The notes beneath the pieces were generated by a model. The model saw only the letters and a list, made by a program, of their open reading frames with translations, was not told the origin of the DNA and did no database searches. A stretch of DNA of 34,556 nt from Dugesia japonica (lineage: Eukaryota), in contig MQRL01642759.1 of the NCBI GenBank assembly GCA_001938525.1, positions 1 through 34,556 on the forward strand. The letters are read 5' to 3'. Within the stretch, counting starts at the first letter, position 1, and each line of letters starts with the position of its first letter. Below, piece by piece: positions 12,557 to 24,164 of the stretch. The position numbers and the translations under genes are program-made.

Positions 12557-15234
12557 TCATGGAATGATACCACACCAACCGAGGACGTTAAAAGTGACAT
12601 TGAGGCGTTCCATAATAGTAGATGTATTCAACGACTGATCAATCGCGGTTTTGTCATACCAAGCAATCAAACAAATCTTTTTCAGGCTATTAATGAGTCG
12701 CAGTTTAGTTATCCATTGAAATGGACGCATTTCATCGGTGGATGCAAATATCCTGACAACATGAGTGGCATGATATATCCAAGGATCACCTAAGCAGCAT
12801 ATATTAATCGCAATGTCAATTTGTAAACAAACAACCAGAATAAAGAAGATAATCTCCACCCATCTTTTTACAAGAAATTGTGATGCAATAACCTCTTGAC
12901 CATAAATTATGAAATACGAAACATTTGACAATAATTTCTGGGGATAAATCATAGTTCAATCTATTATGCATCAAATTCTTTATGAAATCCAGATCTAATA
13001 ACTAGATTATCATTGACAATTATATTGATTCCAATACTTTCTCCTAATGTTTTTAATTCTGGAACATCGATTATTTCTTTTTCTGATTTTCGCAACCATT
13101 CAACAGGAGTTCCAGTCGGTAAATGCACAGAAATATTATCGATTTGCAGTTCTGGTGGAGAAGAAGAACCACTTATTAAATCTATATAAATGCATAAATA
13201 GAACTTGGATATGATCAATATTTTTCTTGGAATCAATTTATGTAAGAGTTTCTAATCTCAAATGAGTTAGCAACTTCATAGTTTACGATTACCAATTAGT
13301 TAACAAATTTTTTATGATAACATGTGCCAGAATTATCGTAAATGCAACTATGAACCTTAAGTTTTATAAATTAAAAATAGAGATTTAAGGAACTTTATTT
13401 TATTTTTATTATTTTTCCACAGCACCCTAAATCAAAATATCTCCACATTATTATGCAATTTTTAAATTTATTGGTTAATTATATCTTAATACATTTGTTT
13501 CAATAAAGGAATTTAGAAAGTCTTTTATTATTAATTTACTTTCAATTAATTATTTTTTAATTAATTTTTAAAAGAAAAAAGAAAAATCAACGCTAATATA
13601 TATTTTCCATCAAGAAGCAATTCGAATAACAATTATCTTAATTTTTAATTCTTTTTCACAAATTATACATATGCACTAGAATAAATTTAAACGAAAAATT
13701 ATTTTATTGATTTTTCAAGAAATTTAAGAAAATTAACGGATATAGAAAATTTAATTAAAATTCATTAATTTGTTTTATGTATATTTATGGGGGAAAATAT
13801 TTAGAAAATATGAGTTATTTATTTCAATAGAATTACTACTATTTCCTTTATGGAAGCGTCCATAAAGTATGTCACATTCCAGGTGTGGGAGAATTGCTAA
13901 GAAAATGTGACAGTTTACGTTAATAATTTATGATGAAACAATCATTTACATACCTCAATCTATTCACAATAATTAATCTTTTCTATTTTTGACATAAAAT
14001 TTTAGCTTTTGAATGTTCACCAAAAAAAACTTTATTGGAAGAACGAAGAGTTTATTGATTTATTTTTGTAATATTATTGGAAACATAAATGAATGAAATA
14101 TTTTTTTAAAAATCATTTTTGAACCCGAAGAAATTATTTTTGAAAACAATTTCGCAAAAACCAAACATTTTGTCCACAATTGATTATGGAGAAAGTTTAA
14201 TGAGGATAGGTGAAAAAATATGCTTTGATAAAAAAAATTACAAAACACGAAATTCGGTGTATTTTTTAAAACCAACGTCACCAGTTAGATGATTTAATGG
14301 TGAAGAGTGTTATTATTATATTAAATTTTAATTAGTTGTTCATTTTTAAACCATTTTTTTAGTTCGAAAATGTAACGTACTTAACGAAAGGTTTTCAAGA
14401 TTTGTGAGGTAAAAATATTCAAAAATAGCGTGACACCTCTATTTCCATATTAAAATTTCAAAATGAAATAAATTTGGAACGTAATCAAATCGATGTGCTT
14501 CCAGTAATTAATATTTCATTTCATTTGTAAGTTAGATTAAATCAATTAAAGATGTCAATCATTTTACTCTCGTTCCGAGTATTGGAATCTTTTCCTGGTC
14601 GGGAAAACTTTAAATTATCATTCTCAAAGTTAAGCTTAATTTGTGTTATAAAACCTTGGCCAAGTATAATAAAATATCCCTTACATCCCTAATTTTCCCT
14701 TTACTACGAGAGACGAGAACATGAGTTTCTATCCTTAAATTACACTTATTTTGTTGTAAAGCTAATACTCAATTTGATATAGTGAATCTAGCTGCACTTT
14801 ATATGTATACATTTTGCTCAGTCTCTACCATCTAAAATTACCTGCTTTTCGTTTCATTGCAAACTTTTGATTGTTAGCAACATTGTCAAAGTGCAAATTA
14901 CTTTTTCTCAATTTATCTTCAATTATAATTTTTGACTAATAGATAAATAAATAAGCTGACAACATTATGACAGTTACCATTTCTGAACAGTTTTCCACTA
15001 GAGCTGCTTTGTATTCTGCAATACTTTCGACTGTAGATTCACAAATCGATTCTGATATCAGGCTAGTACTGATAGATAGAGTGATTTTGGAAGATTTTTC
15101 TTTCAATAATACTACTAATTCTTCCAATCCAAGTTTTAATGGGAGACCCTTGAATGTTGTTTTGTGAGGAGCTCTAGCGACTGATCCAATATATTTTCCG
15201 AAAATACGGCATTCATCTCGTAGAACTTGGACAC
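12557..15234 (-). CDS. TSEN34: tRNA-splicing endonuclease catalytic subunit Sen34 (first exon not resolved)
   Basis: Exons 15234-14978, 14935-14842, 13181-13038, 12994-12836, 12789-12557; GT-AG introns of 42, 1660, 43 and 46 bp, phases consistent. N-terminus VQVLRDECRIFGKYIGSVARAPHKTTFKGLPLKLGLEE and C-terminus VFHNLWSRGY...KMGGDYLLYSGDPWIYHATHVV...LRLINSLKKICLIAW match Sen34; the Y-H-K catalytic residues are present. Confidence 0.9.
13851..14395. mobile_element. Degenerate MITE in the TSEN34 long intron
   Basis: Left end GGAAGCGTCCATAAAGTATGTCAC with a degenerate inverted partner GTAACGTACTTAACGAAAGG near 14371-14390. Confidence 0.35.
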
Positions 15235-16454
15235 CTTTACAATAATAATCAGTAAAACAATACCATTATTATGAGGCTTATATAAAAATTAGAATGAGAC
15301 CATCAACAACATTGACATAAATAAAAACACAATATTCAATACAAATAAACAAATAATACAAATAAAAGTTGGCAAGAATCAAGAATAAAAATTATCGACA
15401 AAACGATAAATGATAAAAATTTCTATTTGACAAAATTCTACCAAGTAAATTAAACTGTTGACTATAATAAATAGAAATCGAATTTGACAGCTCTCTCCTA
15501 TAAAGATATGTTACTCAATAAACAAAAATTACTGTCAGAAGTGAAATGAAGCCGTATATTTTAGGATCGTCGGCACAACTCGATAAAGACATACTTTCTT
15601 TAATAATACTAATATTTAATTTGAGGTCAACTGTTTTTAGGGTAATCGGATTAGTTGTAATAAAATGAAATAATACCAGAGAGGTATGGCTCCATAATAT
15701 GGCTCCAATTAATAACAGAAAATATATAAATTATTGATATTGTTTATATTATTGATTGTGCACTTGGAAAACTTTAACAAATAATTGGGTAGAATAATTA
15801 ACAAAATTTTCACATAAAATCATTTCTAAATGCATTCTTTTATCAATTGTTTTATCAATCAATATATACTGTGTAACAAATCAATGTTTCAAATAATAAG
15901 ATATTCAATTGTTCGCTCTTGAAATAGGAGAACAAAATCTCAATAGGAAACTGTATAATGGAACAAAATACAATTATTTAATGGTTTCAAATAGTCTGAA
16001 AATATTCTAATAAGTATTTTCTTCTCAATTGAAAAAAATTCTCAATGAAGAGATAAGAAAGAAAATGAGAACAATGATCATTATTAATCAAATTTTATGT
16101 GTTAATTATGTTGAATGGTGAATTTCGTAAAAATATTAAATTTTTCATTGATAATAATAGCACGTTGAAACATTTTATAAATAATTCTCCACTACAATCT
16201 AACTATTTGAGATGTCGTACATCTAATATAGTTATTGATAACATGTNTTACAATTATACATAGGTATCATATAGATTAATTTCTATNAATAATTGGGATA
16301 CGATCAAATAATAATGAAAACACTTTTGAAAATCATCGTAATATCGTGCGAAAAGAAACGATTAAATTCATCCAGAATAAAAATAAATCAATAAAAAATG
16401 TTGCTAATAATAATAAAAATCAATTAAAATACACGAAATAATTATGTCAATTAA

Positions 16455-17120
16455 AATACTAATAATAATTATTAATAATAATCAATACTAATAATCAATA
16501 CTAATAATTATTAATAATAATCAATACTGATAATAACTAATAATAATCAATACTAATAATAATTAATAATAATCAATACTAATAATAATTAATAATAATC
16601 AATACTAATAANNNNNNNNNNNNNNNNNNNNNNNNNNNNNNNNNNNNNNNNNNNNNNNNNNNNNNNNNNNNNNNNNNNNNNNNNNNNNNNNNNNNNACTA
16701 ATAATAATTAATAATAATCAATACTAATAATAATTAATAATAATCAATACTAATAATAATTAATAATAATAATCAATACTACTAATAATAATAATCAATA
16801 CTAATAATAATAAATACTAATAATAATAATAATCAATACTAATAATAATAATCAATACTAATAATAATTAATAATAATCACTAATAATACTACTCAATAA
16901 TAATGATGAATCATAAGAATCAAGAATAATAATAATCTATTATAATCAATAATAATAGTCGATAATAATACTAATAAAAATAATCATAGTACTAATCAAT
17001 GATATGAATCAATAATGATANTCGATATTAACAGTAATTATTAAAAATCAATAATAAAAATAATAATAATTACTAAAATCAATAATAATAATCGATATTA
17101 ACAACCAATAATAATAATAA
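16455..17120. repeat. AAT-based complex tandem repeat (units such as AATAATAATTAATAATAATCAATACT) spanning an N gap
   Basis: Tandem units visible on both sides of gap 16612-16696, degenerating toward 17120. Confidence 0.9.
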
Positions 17121-17356
17121 AAAAGTGCACTAACAATTTGGATCCCAAATCAAAATATCCGCAGAATGATTAATATTAACCTCGATTCGATCACCCATTA
17201 TCTGAAAACTGGTCAAAATGATAAGCAACAGAAATTTAAATAATCATCAATGATAATAGTAATATTTAAACAAAATATAAAAATAAAAATGTATGATAAT
17301 AAAAATGAAAAGTATTGATAGAAGAAACATTATAAATATATTAGAATGAAATAATA

Positions 17357-20300
17357 TCAGCAAATCCATCCAATATGAGAATTGTTATTGTATTCATGAG
17401 AATATGGCTGGTCCAATGTCAAATCGAGAGGACAAGCACTGTTGAGGAAACTTGTAAAATTCATAGTTTGAGAATTGTGGTTAGAATTCCAAAATGTGTG
17501 ATAACTTAGATCAATAGGCAGTTGTGAATCGTACGCATAATAACCATTTGATTGGTGTTGAATTGTAAGATTAATAGGATATTGGTATTGCAGATTATCA
17601 TCTACGGTTTGATATGACGGAACGTATGACAAATGTGAACACGGATTTATGAAAACCTTTGGTCGAAATGTTGATGTCAAATCAAGAGCTCTTTCGGGAA
17701 AACTGAAATTTTGCTGAAAAGATAGAGAAACAGATAAATGTATTATTGATAATGAAATAGAACAATTGGGATTTCATTAGAAAATATTATGGCAGAGTTA
17801 TAAATTTATGAAAGAAAGAATTATTATATTTCTCTTCACTACTCTTCAATCAACAGATAATTCAAGATATGATTTGTCAACACAGATTAATGCAAATGGA
17901 GAAAAATTGAGAATTTATAATTTTCTATCTTGTCATTTTATTAACGTTTTCTTTCTTTCAGTTAAAAGCTTCGATCAAAATGTTGTCTTTTTTATTTTAA
18001 TATTTGTGTAGTAATTCGAATTTTCAAATTTTATCTTGTTCAGGAATTAATTTTTGGATTTATTCAATATTTTTTATTTCTTCTGTTCCTGAAGAAGACT
18101 ATTGTCGAAAATTTGAACTTTTTTACAAATAAATTATTTTTTGATCCCAGCTTTTTCTTATTTTAATGAAATATTCAATATTTATTATTGTAATGGAAAA
18201 ATTTTTGAAAATAATTCATTTTATTGAATTTTAATTGATAAAATTATTTAACTATAAATTACATTGATTTTAGGTTTAATTAGAAATTCTTCATGTTTCT
18301 TCTTGCTGAGTAGAAATGTAACATGTTTTTAGTGTTTTCCATGTTTTATGATGTTGTTGTTCTGATTTTTGAAGACTTCGCTATTTTTGTTGCTTGAGAT
18401 CTTCCTTAATTCTTGTTCGGATGGGTCTGCATGTTTCCCCTGTATATGTATCTATATATAAGGAAAATGTTATTTTATAAGTGAGATTTTTCTTATTGAA
18501 TTTCTACCATCACAAAAATGTAATTGTGCGTCCAAATGAGCTTGCGGTTTTAATATTATTCTTTAATTGTGCTTTAGTTTAAATTTTTTATTACGTTTGA
18601 AAATGTAGCCCAATCATGCGAAACATAATAAATTGTCTAAATCAATGGTTTCTAAACTTGATGTTACTACGCCACCGTTAATAATATTTAATCATTTGGC
18701 ACCTCCTCTTCCCTTCCTCCATTTGATAACATAATAAAAACACCAAAAAATTTTACTGCTAAAAAATTTACGAAACTAATGGAAAACAAAACCAAATAAT
18801 AACGATATTTTATTAGTGTTTTTTAATGAGATGGATGTGCTTGTCTATTAGCATATAGTTTATCAAATCATTTGGAACATTGCTCACTGTGACTAGTATT
18901 CGCGTCTCTCTAGGGAGACTGGAAATCGCTGGTCTAAATGAACAGAAATAGTATAGAAAAACGATTCTATTGTGGTAAAAAAAATGGTAGATAGTGGCGC
19001 ACTATACCTCTTTTCTTCTGGGGTATGGCTTTTGAATCGAAACCGGTACTATAGGATAGGAAATTAAAAAGTAAGATAGAAATGTCTCATGAAGTTGTAT
19101 CGTAAAATATTTCCTTCCTAATGAAAATAGAGGTTTATTAATTTTTCTAAAAATGGTTCAAGGTCAAGTTACCGAAATGCTATGATGATAATTTTGGTAT
19201 CGTTAGATGCGCAATACGATAACAGGAATTATGGTGAGTATATTTGTAGTATTAATTGGTAAGAAGTTATTCAAAATTCAAAACAGGCCTAAAGCCGCCA
19301 TTTTGAAATTTTTAAAGTTGAACCTTATATTATTCGATAGAAAATTATAAAATACAATAGGAATGTCTCATGACGACCTTGTATCGTCAAATTTTTCCTT
19401 CCCTATGAAAATCGAGGTGTTAAAAATTTCCAAAAATAGGTAAAGGTCAAGTTACAGAAGTGCTATGATGATAATATTGGTATCTTTAGATGAGCAATAC
19501 TATGAAAAATATTATGGTGTGATTATATTTACAATTTAAAGAAAGAGTAAAAAGTTATTAAAAATTTAAGACATACAGCCGCCATTTATAAAGTTGAACC
19601 TTTTATTATTCGATAGAAAATTCCAACTTACCTATAGATTGCCTATAGATTTGCTAATGTAAAGTGATTAATTTCAACGCAATTCTAAAATGAACCCCAT
19701 GATACTTGGCCAAAATAAAGGTTCTACAACCGCGGACATTTTTAATTGCAGAATAATCAAAGTCACCACATTTAGCTTGTCCACTGTACAAATTTCCTTG
19801 TACCATTGACTTTCAATCCAACATACATCATTTTTAACTCTCCACAATTCTAGACATTCGATTGAGATCATCTTAATATATAAAGTCCAATTAGGGAGGA
19901 TTCTTCTGGTATTTTCTTTAGTGGTGTTGTAAATTTTCACATACAGTAAAAAACAAAAAAATTAATCTTCCTTTCACGGAGGAAGCCATAATAACATTAG
20001 TTAACTAAAATTAATATTAAAACTTAATGTAAAAATAATTCATTCATTGATTTATAATAAAATCGATTTTATTATAAACATTTAAATTTCGTCAAAGAAA
20101 ATTGATTATATAAAAATAGAATTATATATTGGTTTATTTAGTAAATTATCTTTAATTTAAAATAATTAATTCAATTATAATTAGTTAGCCATAATAATAA
20201 TGAAATTCCCATTTGATATGAATAGAATTATTAAATGATGTTTTATTACTTGATTATCTTTCGAATTATTAATTCGACAATCTATCGCNNNNNNNNNNNN

Positions 20301-20693
20301 NNNNNNNNNNNNNNNNNNNNNNNNNNNNNNNNNNNNNNNNNNNNNNNNNNNNNNNNNNNNNNNNNNNNNNNNNNNNNNNNNNNNNNNNNNNNNNNNNNNN
20401 NNNNNNNNNNNNNNNNNNNNNNNNNNNNNNNNNNNNNNNNNNNNNNNNNNNNNNNNNNNNNNNNNNNNNNNNNNNNNNNNNNNNNNNNNNNNTAGATATA
20501 CTAGTTCTTTCAAATCTTTGCTATGCTCAAAAAGTCTTTTGTGTTTCCGTAGACTGCTGGGATCTTTATACACACGAGGACAATTAGGACATTGAAATAC
20601 TAAATCTTTATTATTATGTTTTCTCATACAAAGACTTTTGCCAGATCGATTTTTAAAACATTTATTACATTCAGGGCACTTATATTTTGACAT
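17357..20693 (-). CDS. Small two-zinc-finger protein (~182 aa) with four PxDLS-like CtBP-binding motifs; putative transcriptional repressor
   Basis: Exon 1 20693-20502 (ATG, MSKYKCPEC...CMRKH, FQCPNC...HKRLFEH, donor CTA|GTATAT, phase 0). Exon 2 17713-17357 (acceptor TTTCAG|CAA, phase 0) encodes ALDLT, PINLT, PIDLS and PLDLT, ending IGWIC*. The joining is inferred from matching phase; extra exons could lie in gap 20289-20492. Confidence 0.7.
18013..18048 (-). ncRNA. Minimal type-I hammerhead ribozyme motif, core-mutated copy
   Basis: Minus strand AATTC CTGAACA AGATAAAATTT GAA AATT C GAATT: 5-bp stem I, G8->C in the core; family tail TTTTGATCGAAGCTTTT at 17964-17980. Confidence 0.6.
18085..18118 (+). 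ncRNA. Minimal type-I hammerhead ribozyme motif (intact core; Penelope-type)
   Basis: GTTC CTGAAGA A GAC TATT GTC GAA AATT T GAAC: stem I GTTC/GAAC, CUGANGA and GAAA cores, 3-bp stem II, palindromic AATT stem III, UH cleavage site. Confidence 0.8.
18643..18931 (-). mobile_element. hAT (Buster/Charlie-type) deletion derivative
   Basis: 8-bp TSD GTCTAAAT at 18635-18642 and 18932-18939; ends CAATGGTTTCTAAAC...GGAAATCGCTG. Minus strand keeps the transposase C-terminus FDKLYANRQAHPSH*. Confidence 0.88.
19024..19990. mobile_element. Non-autonomous element with an internal ~280 bp tandem duplication; Helentron/HINE-like architecture
   Basis: Short inverted ends TATGGCTT (19024-19031) and AAGCCATA (19983-19990); 3' stem-loop CTTCC..GGAAG (19967-19985); diverged direct repeats 19081-19346 and 19362-19622. 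The superfamily is inferred. Confidence 0.5.
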
Positions 20694-22749
20694 AGATTAT
20701 TACTGAATGATATTGAATTATAGCAATAAAGTTAATTTATATTTATTATTTGTTAGATTACATTTATAATATTACAAGTTAGAATTATAAAATTCTGATG
20801 TGTGATTAAAAGATAATAAAATTAGTAATTAAATATTTACAAATTTTAAATATTAAAATGAATATTTAAACACTAAAATAGACTATTTTATCAATTATTC
20901 AAAAATTCAAGTAGTTTTCAAATTTCTCTAATTATTTACAATTTGCGAAAAAAAGACAGTTTTCAATAAAATAAAAAATTAATCAAATTTGTTGTTTAAC
21001 ATTTTTTTATTTATTAATGAAATTTTGAAAAATGAATAAAATTTCAAAAATCTCGATTTCCAATAATAATTGCTAAGTTGGTTTGGCACAGACTGAGCAG
21101 ATTTTACTAGTTTTTGAATATTCAGTGCTGTTTTCAATAAAATTTTCTATTGCAATTGATACCATTATTTTCAAATATAGAAACTTGAAACTCTGTTTTT
21201 ACTCAGGAATAGTTTTCACCAAAAATATCTGTTGCTTTTATTGTAAAAATATACTTGAGCAATTAAATCTGCTGTAAGATATAGTTTTGGAAATTAATTA
21301 AATGAATTAACTTTATAATCAAACAAATAATCAGAGTAGATTTGATTTTAATATTTGTTATTTAGTTCGTTTTTCTAACTAAAGTCTTTTTTCTCTCTAT
21401 TTTAATTTACAGAATTTAGCATCTTATCTATGAACATTTGCTTTACAATTACTTCTGTTTCATAGAAAACACAATTATATCTAACTCGATACACTACAAT
21501 ACAAGAAAGTTTTATATTATAACTTTAATTCTTAATTTTTTAAAAATTTACATGGGTTGACAATTTGTTTGGTTCTATAGATCTTAGATTTTTTGGGTAT
21601 ATTTTGCAGACTTTCTCGTTTCGTTGATTCGTTGACGTATGGAAATCCATAAGAATTGCAAACATTTAGCGGTTGTCCTACCTTCATACTCTAAATAACT
21701 TTGGTAAATCTGATCACTTCAGACGGTAAAAAATTTGTATTTATTAGGTTAAGTTATCCGATTTTATGGAAAAATTTCGTTTTCCGTTTATATTGTACTG
21801 TTAAGGTTATTAATTAGAGCTTTTTGAGTTCTAGTTCAACAAAAATATTTTTTTATTAAAACTTTTTTTTGTAAAACCGCTATTAAATAAAAGCGATTTA
21901 TTAATCAAGAAAAGTTTGTTTTTCTTACATTATTTCTGGAGAAGCTTGATGATTTGAAACATTTAGTAATTTTAAACTGCAGGTGTTTTTATGGTGCCGA
22001 TCAATAAATAGTTATTACGTTGCAGAATTTTCTTGCTTTTCCTATAAAATGCATGAAAAACATAACCATAAAGATATTTCAAAGAAACAACCCTCATACC
22101 ATTTAAATAATTAATATACTTTTAAAAATTACTTGAAATAAATATAACAGAACACTTAATGTAAACAGTAGTTTGCTCCTATGAAATAAAGCTATTTATC
22201 ATTACTCCTTGCAAATCATGCTTCTTCCGTTCATTTTGTAATTACAAGTAATACAAAGAAGCCACAAACATTCAATGGTTGTCATAATTTGTCGTAACTG
22301 TATTATATTCTCGAGTCTTTGAAAATTTCCTTTCAATTTTGGATCATTTTATTAGAATATAAGCTTATCTTGAATTTCTGATAATGTTTGGATGAAACAT
22401 CCAGTTGAGGTGAAGCAAGACCAAGGCTGTCACTAACTATAAGGAATTGGAAGGAAATATAGAATCAAAAATGCATCGAAGACGATTAAAATGTTAATTA
22501 GTCCACCAGAAAGGTCGAATAACGTTGTCAACGACCCTATGTTTTGATTAACATTATCCACATTATTATTCCAGGATCACATGCTCATGATTCCGATGAC
22601 ATGATGAATAAAATTACATAATCCTGTTTGCTACTCATCCGTATTTACTAGCAAGGAGTGTCGTCGCGGATAATTATTCCTTTTTAGACGGGTCCGGAGA
22701 ACTGAACCCTGAATTTAGTAATTATCCATAATTGTTTATCCTTTAGTTA

Positions 22750-22932
22750 ATGCCGGCAGTATTGCAAAAAACTCTTCGCTTAATAAAGAGGCAACGTCAG
22801 ACCACTTGCCTGAAGCAGTTAATAGCCCACCGTTTAACAAATGGTAAAATTGAGCACCCTGAAGAAACCGATCTCCAGTGTTTCGCCGAAATGTTCCCAC
22901 TAGAGCATAAAATGGACTTAGATGAGGAATAA
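22750..22932 (+). CDS. Hypothetical 60 aa protein (basic N-terminus, acidic C-terminus), island ORF1
   Basis: ATG directly after the acceptor-like TTTATCCTTTAG; GC-elevated; no recognisable domain. Confidence 0.35.
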   Translation: MPAVLQKTLRLIKRQRQTTCLKQLIAHRLTNGKIEHPEETDLQCFAEMFPLEHKMDLDEE

Positions 22933-23079
22933 TGGCAGGTTTGAACTCGTGTCATTTTGTTGTGACTACCTTAATATTAATTTTTTCGTTTGTTTGTTTA
23001 ATGAGCTGTAGTTTTATTTTTTTTATTAATCCATGTTAATTAAAGTATCTAGTTTATTGAATTATTAAAATAACTAGGA

Positions 23080-23432
23080 ATGGAATCCATATGGGAACGG
23101 ATAGTAGATCGGAGAACTCGCTGGATCATTTTTAGGCGACATCATAACCCGCATAACCGGGATGCCAGAATATTAGTCGATAACTCAAATTTACCACCAG
23201 TGGAAGCCGCCGTAACTCGCATTCAGAATTTTGGCAAGAGGCCAATGGAATGGGCCAGTACGCAATCACACAACTGCGTTCCAGTATCAACCTCCGGCTC
23301 CACCCCCAGTCGCGCAGGCCTTCATTAATAATTTACTCTGGGGCGTTAGGAAACCATCTGGGGTGGATGATGCCGAGAATACCGCTCTGGCCACGGACCC
23401 TGCGATTAGTCCGCAGTGACTCTTTTGTTTGA
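23080..23432 (+). pseudogene. Island ORF2, probably frameshifted hypothetical protein
   Basis: MESIWERIVDRR...AAVTRIQNF. Adding one T to the T-run at 23229-23232 continues as WQEANGMGQYAITQL...LVRSDSFV* (23432), followed by AATAAA at 23439-23444. Confidence 0.35.
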
Positions 23433-23653
23433 TGTAGCAATAAATACATGTCTTTACGTATTATTATTTCGTTTTGTTTCCTTCAGGGTTATACTAAAGG
23501 AAAGTTTTTACTATGTCATAATTACATTTTGCTGTCATAAAATTGGAAATGGTTTCGCGTATTTCCGTAACTTTGATGATAATATATTTAATAAACCTTT
23601 ATTCTTTTGTAGTGCATTCCTCCCTGAACCGCCCATCGGCTCCCTATAAAAAA

Positions 23654-23980
23654 ATGAGAAGCACCAGTGAGGACCAAGAAATGACTTAGGACCTGTACCG
23701 CCTCACGAAGCGTCGTTGGGAGGCGGAGATGGCCACAGCAAATAGTAAAGTACACCGATACAAGAAAAAATGTATCGTATTTAGAAAGGAAGCCAAAGCC
23801 TCCCATATGCAAGAACGGGTGTGGAAGAAACTAGTCGAATCTTTTGTCGAGATCATCTTGTCCAGCCACGACCACGAAAATAAACTGGTCACCGATGTTC
23901 TACTCCTTAAGGTGAAGTTTAACCTCGAACCCCTCATGATCGATAAAAGTACCCAAACTAAATCGATATCACATCGCTAG
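23654..23980 (+). pseudogene. Island ORF3, helical protein with LC8-binding DKSTQT motif and one in-frame stop
   Basis: MRSTSEDQEMT*DLYRLTKRRWEAEMATANSK...LEPLMIDKSTQTKSISHR*. The frame is open upstream to an acceptor TTCTTTTGTAG at 23612. An 83 aa version from ATG 23729 is intact. Confidence 0.4.
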
Positions 23981-24164
23981 ACTTTTTCTTTATCTGTAAA
24001 TGCATGATTAGTTAGTAAATCTTTACCTTTGTGTGTCTTATTTTGATTTAGTTAGGGGAGTTTCGTCCTATATAAAATAAAGTAATTATTTCTTTTCATT
24101 AATACTTCCTTATCTAGTGCCACATCTCACATTTCCGAACAGCTTACGACGGTGTCAATAGATA

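Noticed and set aside
12557-13236. ORFs 12557-12952 and 12964-13236 as stand-alone proteins
   Set aside because: They are partial frames of TSEN34 exons plus intron read-through.
2903-21277. Numerous 60-90 aa F/I/L/K/N-rich ORFs (e.g. 2903-3154, 5655-5858, 7725-7932, 14060-14281, 17808-18011, 19674-19940, 21083-21277) and ORFs crossing N gaps
   Set aside because: Composition-driven frames in AT-rich or repeat DNA, mostly with non-ATG starts or artificial extension through gaps.
22554-22562. TTATCCACA DnaA box
   Set aside because: Single exact copy in eukaryotic DNA; expected by chance.
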